This document shows positions 14,571 through 25,999 of a stretch of DNA of 64,000 nt, piece by piece; the stretch's first letter is position 1, and each line of letters opens with the position of its first letter. The notes below the pieces were generated by a model. It was not told where the DNA came from. It made no database searches and was given only the letters and a program-made list of their open reading frames with translations. The position numbers and the translations under genes were made by a program. The stretch covers positions 45,814,381-45,878,380 of the forward strand of contig NC_068996.1 of NCBI RefSeq assembly GCF_001194135.2. The letters are read 5' to 3'. Origin of the DNA: Octopus bimaculoides. Its lineage: Eukaryota.

Positions 14571-14651
14571 AAAAAACTATATAAATTAATAAAGGACTGA
14601 ACCAGTGCGTGTGTTTATTACCGGCATAATGCCTCTCCCAAGGTTTAATTG

Positions 14652-14699
<48 letters not shown>

Positions 14700-15636
14700 C
14701 ATATATTTGTGTGTCTGTGTTTGTCCCCACCATCGTTTGACAACCGATGTTGGTATGTTTATGTCCCCGTAACTCAACGATTAGGCAAAAGTAACCGATA
14801 GAATAAGTAGTAGGCTTACAAAGAATAAGTCCTGGGGTCGATTTGTTCGACTGTAGGTGGTGCTCCAGCATGGTCGCTGTCAAATGACTGAAACAAAAAA
14901 ATTAAAGACTATATTTCACCAAGTCGTAGATGTGATTGTGTGGTAAGAAGCTTGCTTCCCAACCTAATGGTTCTGGGTCCAGCCCCACAGAGTGGCACCT
15001 TGAGCAAGTGTCTTCTACTATATCCTTAGGCCGACCAAAGCCTTGTGAATAGATTTGGTAGACGGAAGCTGAAAGAAGCTCATTGTATATATATATATAT
15101 ATGTGTTTATGTAACAACTGGCGTTGGTTTGTTTACGTTACCATAACTTAGGAGTGAGGCTAAAAGATAGCCGGCACAATAAGTACCAGGCTTAGGAAAC
15201 AAATAATTGCTGGGGATGATTCGTTCGAATAAACCCATCAGATTCCCCGGCATGGATACAGTCAAAATGACTGAAACGAGTAAGAGATAAGATAGCCTTC
15301 CGAAACCATTCTCATATGGACATAAGATTAGGCTACGACACGATCCCAGATAAAAGTCGAGATTGGCCGCTGTTATCTTGTCACCGTTTCCGTAAAAAGT
15401 ATAAAGCAGTTATTCTAGCAGCAAGGAGTGACAGAGCTTTAGAATAGCCATGTGCCTTTAAGATGTCTCAAATTAAGGCGATAATCCGCTACAACTGCTT
15501 CATCGCATTCGCTAAATATTTATATGTCTACCAGCAACTTCCATGTTTTCTAGAGATGTGTGTGTGTGCGCTCTTGTAAATACTTCAATAAGTTTTCGAA
15601 ACACATGGTTGTCATAATTTACATTATGTTCTAGAC

Positions 15637-16188
15637 AAGTGGTTCTCAACCGGGGTCCATATGGCTCCTGAGGGTCCACATAAGATCTTTGGGTGTCCAT
15701 GTAACAAAATAGTAAACTCTATCTTAAGGGCCCCTGAAAAAAATGTTGTTTTAGATGTATATATTAGTATGTATTGCAGGAAACAGCGTGGTTTCTTTCT
15801 CTAACATTTTACTTAGATCAACCTACACAAAGGAATGTGTGGAAAACAAAATAGGGATTTTGAAAGAAGTTTCTATAAAACTAGTTTTTGAACATAGAAT
15901 TGGCTTTAGGGGTCCACCAGAATAATGATAGTAATCAAAGGGGTCCATGGATAAAAAATGGTTGAGAACCCCTACTTTAGATGTATGTATTGTAAGAAGC
16001 AGTTAGGTTTCTTTCTCTAACATTTTTCATAGTTCAACCTACACAAGTTAATGTGTGAAAAGCAAAATAGAAATTTTGAAAGAAGTTTCTATAAAACTAG
16101 TTTTTAAACCTCGAATGGCTATGGAAGTCCACCAGAATAAAATAGTAACGAAAAGGGTCCATTGATAGAAAACGGTTGAGAACTCCGT
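15637..16188 (+). mobile_element. hAT (Charlie-like) MITE with duplicated 3' half
   Basis: TIR (c)agtggttctcaacc / ggttgagaac. Flanking 8-mers ttctagac (15629-15636) and ctctagac (16189-16196) fit the NTCTAGAN target. An internal extra 3' TIR ends at 15974. Confidence 0.8.
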
Positions 16189-16730
16189 CTCTAGACTTAT
16201 GTGATATTTACAAGTTGCTAAAATTATATGAAAATTGCTTGCTTTACAGGCTATTTTTGCTTTGTACTCAGAACTTCGCATATAATCACACTCAAAGCTA
16301 TTCACAACAGGAGTGGGGGTTAGTTGGAAAATTTGACCTTAATATATTACAAGTACGATTTTCATAGACGCAAGGTGAATTTGCGCTAGTAATATAAACA
16401 TGAACCATATAGAAATACCCACGCCTAAAATATTGAAGCTTCCAAGCAATGTTTATAAATATCGTCAACTTTGACGACAATCTGTCTTGAAATAATGAAA
16501 ATCTACTGAAATATACTGAGATGAATTCACTTAAGCTATACAATCCGACATACATATCTTAGTTTCTTAATTCCTAGGAAAGCTTTTTCATCTCCGCCGT
16601 ATAATTTTGATTATATATTTCATCTACCTATCTATATAGTAAATATGCCTAATAGTTTCTTTGCTTACACGCTTTGTTTATGATTTACATGCATTTATCA
16701 TTTCATATATTTAACTAATAAAAAATTAAG

Positions 16731-16875
16731 AGAGGACACGAAAGCAGATAAGGAGGTGTTGGTACAAATTGAGCTGTTTTTAGAAAATTTAGCGAAGGAT
16801 GATGAACTGTTGCCAGGAACCAAACAGGTGGATCTTAACAGTGCCTTGGATATTTTCTATGCTATCTATAAACAG
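16731..16875 (+). CDS. INF2: Inverted formin exon, DID/FH3 distal helices
   Basis: Acceptor ttaag, donor CAG|gtacgt. Reads (R)EDTKADKEVLVQIELFLENLAKDDELLPGTKQVDLNSALDIFYAIYKQ, resembling INF2 DADLLIQLEAFEE..D......VDMSSHQEVFASLFHK. Phase 2 in, phase 0 out. Confidence 0.85.
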
Positions 16876-16903
16876 GTACGTTGTTTTCTAAATTATATGT
16901 ATG

Positions 16904-16948
<45 letters not shown>

Positions 16949-17014
16949 TTATATATAATTGAAATTTATAGAAAAACAAATGACTGAGAGGTATGAACAA
17001 CAAGACAAGCAAAA

Positions 17015-17051
17015 GTCTTACGTTTCGAGCCTACGCTCTTCATCAGAAAGG
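17015..17051 (-). ncRNA. Minimal type I hammerhead ribozyme motif (family H2), intact core
   Basis: Minus strand reads ccttt CTGATGA A GAGC GTAG GCTC GAAAC GTA agac: stem II GAGC/GCTC, palindromic ACGT stem III, GUA triplet. Confidence 0.8.
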
Positions 17052-17229
17052 AATAAGAGAAAATAGAGAGAGAAAAACACTTGCAGATTTCTGCGGTCAA
17101 TATATATATATATACACACATGCACACATATAAATACACACACACAAACACATGCGCGCACGCACATACATAAATATGTACAGCTTTCTGTACACTTCGA
17201 CTGTATTACCCCATCCACTTATGACAGGC

Positions 17230-18500
17230 AGTATTGATCCTTTTAGAGATTATCTGGATTATTCTGGCCCACACTTTAGCCCTATTCTCTCACTTTCATG
17301 CACTCTCTTCACAACCAAGTAACCACTGCATCCATGCAACAACTGTTTTATTGTATTTTGTCCACACATACATCTACAGTATCCACGATGAAACATTTTC
17401 TGTATTCCAACTCATTAATCGCCAATTTGCTGTTTTAAGTATTTTTCCAATCACGTTGTACAATGTGGATCAAGCCACAAACCCATGATGCTCTGCCTCA
17501 ACTGTTGGTACCATCCATTATGGTATCTCCATGCCGATTGAAATGTCATTATTTTAGGTTCTTTCACTATATACTATCTTCCTGTAATACCATCGATTAA
17601 ACAAAACGCTTCTTCTCAAACCAGATCACGTTATGAAGTCAGTGTTGACATGATAGTGCAGTACGGCTTGAGAACACGATCGCTTTCAACAAATCTAGTT
17701 GTACCCTTCCAGTCATCGGCTCTTCGCAGAAGTATGGGTGTTGGCTTTATTTGGATCCACCTTCTCTATTACTTTTTTCCACTTTCTTTGTGCAAAAGAA
17801 AAAAAACCATCACCATATTCGTGTTGATCTTCATTAAGCACTCTCTGCTACATTGTTGTCTATGTGCTTTATCAAACACACTCAGAACTTAGTTATGCTA
17901 ACAGGTATACTTTGAAGTAAGATGCTTTAGTTACTCTCAGAACATGTCCCGAAAATATGTAACTTACCGCGCAGATGACGTTCAGAAGAGTAACTCCAGC
18001 ACTCCGTTTGATATTAACCAGGTATGAAAGCACATATGCTGCTCTGTGTAGGAAAAGCAACCCGTCTTATTTTGTTTTTCATAACTTCATAACATACTCC
18101 GTTTAAGCCCCATTGACCCTTTAAGCCCAATTTCTCATTTGAACGCCCCCTTTTTTTATTAATAAGAATTTCCATCCTGCTCTTGATTTACTGACGGAAT
18201 AACCACTTGTCTATTCCAGTCTGGTTGTGTTCTTTGGACCGCATTTATCATCTCGCCCATCCTTCACTTGCAGGTTGGTTCCTGCCAACTCTCCTACTTT
18301 TCTCACGTTCTATTTCCTTACTATCAATACACTTGGTTAGGCTGCACGAACAACGGAATCCCCTGAAACCTGTAGTATCGTTTATTAACGAAATTTGCAA
18401 CCACATAATGCAGCTCTACCGGTGATGTTATAGGCAACTGGGGTTTTGTGGTAGAACCATGTACTCTTACTTGTGTAAAGATTGACGGGAAACCAAGCCA
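17230..18500 (-). mobile_element. Highly decayed RTE-type LINE reverse transcriptase region
   Basis: Collinear degenerate motifs on the minus strand: RVGRNQPASEGW (~GPD.IP.E.W), KKG, YVMKL* (~HTMKLW), AFIPG (~GFMPG), FDKA, then weak QGS.LSP- and ADD-like segments at roughly the expected spacing. Read by eye. Confidence 0.55.
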
Positions 18501-18567
18501 CTCTTGTAGAAGCTACTAACACAATTTTCTATTCTCTTCACTTCATTTATGATAGTTCATATATATA

Positions 18568-18972
18568 GGCGCAGGAGTGGCTGTGTGGTAAGTAGCTTGC
18601 TTACGAACCACATGGTTCTGGGTTCAGTGCTACTGCGTGGCACCTTGGGCAAGTGTCTTCTACTATAGCCTCGGACCGACCAAAGCCTTGCGAGTGGATT
18701 TGGCAGACGGAAACTGAAAGAAGCCCGTCGTATATGTATATGTATATATATGTGTATGTGTGTGTGCGTGTGTTTGTGTGTCTGTGTTTGTCCTCCTAAC
18801 ATCGCTTGACAACCGATGCTGGTATCTTTACGTCCCCGTAACTTAGCGGTTCGGCAGAAGAGACCGATAGAATAAGTACTAAGCTTACAAAGAATAAGTC
18901 CTGGGGTCGATTTGCTCGACTAAAGGCGGTGCTACAGCATGGCCGCAGTTAAATGACTGAAACAAGTAAAAG
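18568..18972 (+). mobile_element. tRNA-derived SINE family B (CORE-like), near full length
   Basis: A box tggctgtgtgg, B box ggttcagtgc, CORE-like accttgggcaagtg, internal (TA)/(TG)n, tail ggggtcgatttgctcgactaaaggcggtg..cagcatggccgcag..aaatgactgaaacaagtaaaaga. Other copies or halves: 2901-3103, 4152-4460, 14700-14900, 14920-15290, 27040-27475, 30945-31280, 36530-36890, 37880-38220, 39958-40130, 40785-41005 (+); 34490-34650, 60503-60800, 62971-63127 (-). Confidence 0.85.
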
Positions 18973-20124
18973 ATATCTGGAGAAGCCATTAGATTTTCAG
19001 TTAAATGTCATATTGCTAAATTAGGCTTAGTTCCCAATTCTCATCTAAAGGTGAGAAGTAAAGGTAACCCCCCCCCAAAAAAAATAATAAATAAATAAAC
19101 AGAAAATACGTACAGAATTAAAATGTGATACTCCTCATNNNNNNNNNNNNNNNNNNNNNNNNNNNNNNNNNNNNNNNNNNNNNNNNNNNNNNNNNNNNNN
19201 NNNNNNNNNNNNNNNNNNNNNNNNNNNNNNNNNNNNNNNNNNNNNNNNNNNNNNNNNNNNNNNNNNNNNNNNNNNNNNNNNNNNNNNNNNNNNNNNNNNN
19301 NNNNNNNNNNNNNNNNNNNNNNNNNNNNNNNNNNNNNNNNNNNNNNNNNNNNNNNNNNNNNNNNNNNNNNNNNNNNNNNNNNNNNNNNNNNNNTATATAT
19401 ATTTATTACTGCTTTTCCAAGAAAGTAACAATGACTTTGTATTTTGATACTGGATATCACTTTTTTTCTCTTTTTTTTTTTTTTTTACGTATAGCATATC
19501 GTATCAGAACGACTTTGATGTGTCCACCGCTCATACAAAGTCATTTTGATTTTATCAAGTAAAAATAAACTTAGTCTCTGAAACTTAATACATTAATATA
19601 TAGTGTGTGAGAAGGCATACAACCTGTGGGTGTTGACTCTTTTGTTCTGCCCTTTGACCTGATATAGGGGTGGACGTTATTTTTCCCACTCATATGGATT
19701 CAACATGTCGTGCTACTATTACAGGTATTTAAATTACCGACTCTTTAAGAGCGAAAGCTATTAAATTTAACTATAATAAGATCTGGACTGTGAGTTCGAA
19801 TTCCTTTTTCAAAGCAATTTATCCTCTTTTCTACGGTTATAACAATTACCCTTTTTATTTATTTACTTCGGTTTCTCGTAACAATTGAAATAGGATATGA
19901 TTTAAGGTTAACAATCTCATCAGTTATAAATACCCCAAGTCCATGTTAGCTAGTGTAACCTGATCGAGCAGTCAACCCAATGATCAAATGTGTTTAAACC
20001 GTGGTACTTCTATTTTTCCCAAGGCTATCTAAGAGTACATCACTCAATGCGCCTTAGCTCTGCGACGAAATATTTTCAAAGACATTTGCCTAGTTTTTCT
20101 AATTGTTCGAGAGATCGCCTTGAC

Positions 20125-20779
20125 CAAGGGTTCCTAAGCACCACCGGGTCACAGACCAGCATCTGGCCGTGGATTATTTGGTACCGGGCAGCAGAGCAAG
20201 AATACATTTTAAAATTTCAGTTCTATTTTATTGACTATCGCAGCTGTGCACGATGTCCTTGCGCATGGCCTAGCAGTTAGGGTGTTGCATGCACGATCAC
20301 TAGGCCATGGATTCGATCCACGGACCGGGCGACGTATTATATTCTTAAACAAAACATTTCATTTACGGTTGCTCTGCAGGTGGGAGATGTCTGAATCGTT
20401 GACGCCTTAGCAGAGATGCTTTACAGTATATCTTCCGGCTCTTTATGTTCTGAAGTCAAACCCCAACCTTCTTGGAGAAGGCAACAAGAAACCACTCCAG
20501 TATTTATTCCAAGTCTAGTCATGATAGCCAAAGTTCCAGTAATCTACTTAACAGCAGCAGTGGAGGACACGCTCTCTCCTAGGTGTATAGAGAGAGTGCT
20601 GGAGAAGGTTATCGTGCACAGTGGTGGTTTGCTCTTGGCAGACCACCACTAGTTTGTATAAATTGGTAGATAGATAGATACTAATTAAATTATATATTAC
20701 ACACATTGTTTTGTTATGCACATGACAGCACCTCCATCCCCATCCGGACCGTGGTACAAAAACAGGTTGGGAACTGCTG
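20125..20779. mobile_element. Old hAT MITE (MER1/Charlie-like ends) with a nested SINE at ~20262-20420
   Basis: caagggttcctaagc...ccgggtcacagacc at the left end, ccggaccgtggtacaaaaacaggttgggaactgctg at the right end. TSD not conserved. Confidence 0.4.
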
Positions 20780-21259
20780 GTATGGAGGATGAAATGCATT
20801 GTAAAAAAACAGTTGTCATTTAATATATCATTTCTAAACATGTCTTTTTTCCCTTATCCAGGAACTAACTCGATATATCGTTGGTGAAATAAAAAAAAAA
20901 CATCGAATAAAACTACATTATATCTTTCATACTTTCCTTTAGAAATATTGTTGAATTTAAAAGTATGAACCCAGAAGAAATCTACAGCAATTTGCATAGT
21001 TTATATTGCTCAAAATATTGATCAACTCATATCGATCAACACATTATTGAAACTACCTCATTTGTTTATTGATTCTAGATTTTAAATACTTACTACAAGT
21101 ATCCTTATCAAATAATTACATAATCTTAGTTGAGCTCTTTTCGATTAACTTCATTATGTGAAACGTAACAGTACTTGTACTTAGCATGGAGAACGTTGAG
21201 TATTTTCCCTGCATCCATTTTGCTAATATTCATAATCTCCACCATATTCCTACTTGATA

Positions 21260-21302
<43 letters not shown>

Positions 21303-22284
21303 NNNNNNNNNNNNNNNNNNNNNNNNNNNNNNNNNNNNNNNNNNNNNNNNNNNNNNNNNNNNNNNNNNNNNNNNNNNNNNNNNNNNNNNNNNNNNNNNNN
21401 NNNNNNNNNNNNNNNNNNNNNNNNNNNNNNNNNNNNNNNNNNNNNNNNNNNNNNNNNNNNNNNNNNNNNNNNNNNNNNNNNNNNNNNNNNNNNNNNNNNN
21501 NNNNNNNNNNNNNNNNNNNNNNNNNNNNNNNNNNNNNNNNNNNNNNNNNNNNNNNNNNNNNNNNNNNNNNNNNNNNNNNNNNNNNNNNNNNNNNNNNNNN
21601 NNNNNNNNNNNNNNNNNNNNNNNNNNNNNNNNNNNNNNNNNNNNNNNNNNNNNNNNNNNNNNNNNNNNNNNNNNNNNNNNNNNNNNNNNNNNNNNNNNNN
21701 NNNNNNNNNNNNNNNNNNNNNNNNNNNNNNNNNNNNNNNNNNNNNNNNNNNNNNNNNNNNNNNNNNNNNNNNNNNNNNNNNNNNNNNNNNNNNNNNNNNN
21801 NNNNNNNNNNNNNNNNNNNNNNNNNNNNNNNNNNNNNNNNNNNNNNNNNNNNNNNNNNNNNNNNNNNNNNNNNNNNNNNNNNNNNNNNNNNNNNNNNNNN
21901 NNNNNNNNNNNNNNNNNNNNNNNNNNNNNNNNNNNNNNNNNNNNNNNNNNNNNNNNNNNNNNNNNNNNNNNNNNNNNNNNNNNNNNNNNNNNNNNNNNNN
22001 NNNNNNNNNNNNNNNNNNNNNNNNNNNNNNNNNNNNNNNNNNNNNNNNNNNNNNNNNNNNNNNNNNNNNNNNNNNNNNNNNNNNNNNNNNNNNNNNNNNN
22101 NNNNNNNNNNNNNNNNNNNNNNNNNNNNNNNNNNNNNNNNNNNNNNNNNNNNNNNNNNNNNNNNNNNNNNNNNNNNNNNNNNNNNNNNNNNNNNNNNNNN
22201 NNNNNNNNNNNNNNNNNNNNNNNNNNNNNNNNNNNNNNNNNNNNNNNNNNNNNNNNNNNNNNNNNNNNNNNNNNNNNNNNNNNN
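21303..22284. other. Assembly gap covering the start of the FH1 exon
   Basis: The N-run ends directly in an open poly-proline frame. Other gaps: 2015-2810, 5527-5700, 7751-7828, 9132-9273, 13714-14494, 19139-19393, 40357-40633, 45627-45700, 54335-54909, 60079-60491, 61247-62044. Confidence 0.95.
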
Positions 22285-22710
22285 CCTCCATTTGCTCCTG
22301 GAAGCGCATTTGCGACGACAGGTATACCATGTCCTCCTCCAGCACCTCCCCCTCCCCCTGGGAAGATTCCGTTTCCACCAAAAATTGGCGGTGGCGGATC
22401 AGTCCCTCAACCACCAAGAACACTCGGAATTAACATGAACCATGCAAACACGTTGCCGCAACTAAATGTGCCTAAGCCAAAAAACAAATTAAAACCTCTA
22501 CAATGGCAGAAAATTCCAGCAAATAAAGTGATGAAAGGTCTCAACTTGTGGGCTCAAGCGGCCAAGCTTTTCAACGGGGTTAAGGTTGATTACGAAGTTA
22601 TAGATGAACTGTTTTGTGTAGAACAAGTCCATCCCGACAATGATAAGACGCATGGTAAAGGCTCAAGAAATGGAAAAGCATCCAAAACTGTTAAGAAAGA
22701 AAGCACAGAG
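22285..22710 (+). CDS. INF2: Inverted formin exon: FH1 end and FH2 start (5' part hidden in gap 21303-22284)
   Basis: Poly-proline PPPAPPPPPG, then FH2 lasso KLKPLQWQKIP...LW...VDYEVIDELF...KKESTE. Donor GAG|gtaatt. Confidence 0.93.
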
Positions 22711-23489
22711 GTAATTATGACCAACTCTTTTTCTTTTCTTTTTTTTAACACAGCTTTGTGTTTTTTAACTCCAGGTTAGCCTTTAAGAAGAGACTCTATG
22801 ACCAGCGGTATTCTAACTGCGATCATCCATTTTTTTCCTCTTTATCCTATATATATACTTTTATTTCAGTTATAGGACTGCAATTATTCTGCATCACTTA
22901 CTTTTGAAGATTTTTAATCAGTCATATCGACCTCTACTCGCCAATTATTTTTACATCAGGCACTTTCGATCTGTGCCGAACTAGCAGTTTACGAAACATA
23001 ACCAAAGACTGTCTTTCTGCAAGAGAGAACAACGTAAACAGATACATACACAACAGCCTTTTTACTGCTTCCGTCTACCAATTTAAAATTCCTTAAGGCA
23101 CTGGTCAGCCTGAATCTATAGAAGACACTTGCTCAAGATGTGTCTGTAGGTCAAGCAGGACTAACCAGCGAACTTCTGGACTGCGCAGTCATGCTTGCAC
23201 TCCTGTATATTTAATCTTTTTAAGACGGCAGATGTACATGAGAGTTTCGGCTGCAATTTCTAAAAAGATCAGATATCACTTAGTTTCCCATTGGTTTTCT
23301 TAATATTTCTGAAGGTGAGTAAGCCGTCACGGCTGAAATAAGTAAATGGCAGGCGTAACACCTAATGGTTAATAACGAAGTTATTTCGAATTTGCGAATC
23401 TTTCAGTTGCGACTTTTAAAAAATTGATCCTTCTTTCCAAAGGCAATTAGATAAAAACGCCAGTTCAGTGTTGCAACATAATCCTCAAA

Positions 23490-23790
23490 CATTAAGGATG
23501 TTGAATGAAACACCCATGTTTCCAAAGGTGAATTATTAAAACCCCCAAAGAATTCCTCTCAACACATGGCTATGATGCTCCCCTACTACTTCCGTTCATG
23601 ATCAGAGATGCACATATCGTCAGCCACCAAGGGACATGCTCAACTGGTTAAGGTCAAACAACTGACAAGCAAATCTGTGGTATTAAGCAGAATATTTGCT
23701 GTAGCCCATCTTTTTATACCAAGACAAAACAATGTACATGATAGCACTTCCAGTTAGTTCAGATCGGAAGCCATGAGAGCCACTGCTCAT
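23490..23790. mobile_element. Second copy of the dispersed repeat seen at 5055-5460
   Basis: Shared ~150-bp block including gagatgcacatatcgtcagccac.aagggacatgctca. Confidence 0.55.
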
Positions 23791-23804
23791 TATTATTATA
23801 TCAT

Positions 23805-24220
23805 TTGAAGAGGAAAGTGAGTGTAGAGAGGGAGGTGCTGCCTTTTGGTGTGTCTATCAAAATGTGATTGACAGTGGCAAGACTGTGGAGACTGAATGGA
23901 TCTACTCTGAATATACTTTTCTAAGCAGGAGGAAAGAAACTGAGAGAGGGCACATTCCAATGCCTTGGAGACAGCAGAGTAATCCGGGGTTTTTGTGTGG
24001 AGTTTACACCAGATTACCCTAAATGGGTTGCCCCGGTATTGGGGATTCTATTTATTTCTTTAATTTCTATTATATATCCTCTGTTATATCATTTATTGTG
24101 GTAGTATTTCTCTTTGATTGATGTTAACCCCACGTGTCTGTTTCTTTTTTTTTTTTGTGTTGTATCTCGTCCTTCGATATTGTCCTCCATGTCTTGGGCC
24201 CTGGTGGCCAATAAAGGAAA

Positions 24221-24255
<35 letters not shown>
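23805..24255 (+). mobile_element. 3' end of an L1/Tx1-type LINE
   Basis: LKRKVSVEREVLPFGVSIKM*LTVARLWRLNGSTLNILF* resembles a Tx1-type ORF2 C-terminus. Followed by 3' UTR, AATAAA 24210-24215 and an (ATT)n tail. Confidence 0.55.
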
Positions 24256-24276
24256 AATAATAATAATAATAATATT

Positions 24277-24555
24277 GCCTAGTGGTTAGGGTGTTGTAAT
24301 CACGATCGTGAGATCGTGATTTCAATTCCTAGACCGAGCGGTGCATTGTGTTTTTGAGCAAAACACTTCATCTCAAATTGCTCTGTAATCACTTTGACAC
24401 CTGACGCGTGATATACCTGTGTGCACCTGTTCAGACAACATCGATTTAATGCAAGGTGTGAGCTAATGTGCAGCATGAACATTTGATCATTATAAACAAA
24501 TCATTTGTACAGGTCGTTCGGCGAAAAAGCTGAACATTCATACGTCGTCTTCAAC
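24277..24555 (+). mobile_element. SINE family C copy
   Basis: Aligns with 44176-44465 across its length. Confidence 0.8.
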
Positions 24556-25231
24556 AATTGCATCAACAATACTCTGTTTTGTTTCAGGGTCGAATTGCAA
24601 GTTTGCAAATACCTTCATGATTGTTTAAATCCTATTCTTTTTCGTAATCGTTCGTGGAAGACCCCTCTAACATCAAAAGAAATTTAATGGTGCTTAGCCT
24701 TTATCACATAAACAGTGGGATAGTGTTGAATGCAATGTGCAAAGCACAATTCTAAAGTAAAAAAAAGAAATTGGCTTTGATTTGTGCTTTCGATATCTCA
24801 GCTTGTAGACGAGAAGTGTTGTTAATTCTCTATCCAGATGTCACGGCCAGAAATTCAGGACAGAAGCTGGCAAAAGTTAGGTATGGTAGTGAGCTATAGG
24901 TGAAGGAATTGTGTGGTTTCTGGCCTCTTGGGTCGCCAAAAATATCATCCTTATCATGATAAACAATGATACAACCATTAGACTTCCCCTACGCTGTGAG
25001 GTCTAAGAACTGTAGTGCTTTTGAGACTTCGTTATCGAGAAGTTTCAAATTTGAATACGAGCGGAATTTATGTACGCTATTGTTTTTAGCGCGTGCGCAC
25101 CTGTGTGTGTGTGTGACTGACTGATTGAGATTTGTATGGTATTAGCGAAATTAAGTGACACCAGAGAGAACATTTCGTTGGCACTAAATTAATTGTAGTT
25201 ACAAAATCTGTTCCTTCTATTTTCTTTTCAG

Positions 25232-25396
25232 ATAAATCTAATTGAGAGCAGACGAAGTTTAAATGTAAATATCTTCTTAAAGCAATTTAAAATGTCTCTC
25301 GATGAATTTTTTCTACACTTACACAATGGATCTTGTGAGAAGTTCAGTACTGAACAGTTAAAGTCCTTACTGAAGATTCTTCCTAATACTGTCGAG
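25232..25396 (+). CDS. INF2: Inverted formin FH2 exon
   Basis: tttcttttcag acceptor, GAG|gtatct donor. 55 codons INLIESRRSLNVNIFLKQFKMSLDEFF...LKSLLKILPNTVE, with the conserved FH2 N(V/L)NIFL motif. Confidence 0.95.
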
Positions 25397-25913
25397 GTAT
25401 CTATCGAAACCATCTTTTCTTACAATATTTCCACTCATCCATCCATCAATTACCGAAATGATTCTTAATAACCGCTTAAATAATCTTATTTATCCAAATC
25501 TTTGCCAGTGGCTAATTTGTTTAATTATTCCAAGGCTCGGTTTATTTATTTGAAATAATTATTTAATAATTTATGTTTCTGGATCAATTTATGGTAGAAA
25601 TGGAATTCCATAGCTTTGACTGTAAGGGAATGTCCATAGCTTTGACAGCACCGAATGTGTATAGAGTAAATTTATATAAATCTTCAAATTCATCAGAACA
25701 GACGTAATCTTTACACCTTTAAGTAAAAGTAAAACTGAAGAATCCTTTGTATTCTTTTGATTTTTCCAATAGTTTCATGTCACTGTTTTAAGCATTGCAA
25801 TCATAAACTTAGATGTAACCTAATGTAAATAATCATTATATATATATATATATATGAGAGAGAAAGAGAAAATTAATGGTACTTATATAGTGTCTGATAC
25901 TTTTTAATTACAG

Positions 25914-25999
25914 ATTGAAATGTTAAAAAGTTATGAAGGGGACAAAACGAAGCTTGGAAACGCCGAACAATTTTTCCTGCGACTGATCGAATTACCGAA
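25914..25999 (+). CDS. INF2: Inverted formin FH2 exon
   Basis: tttttaattacag acceptor, AA|gtatat donor. IEMLKSYEGDKTKLGNAEQFFLRLIELP(N). Phase 2 out. Confidence 0.95.
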
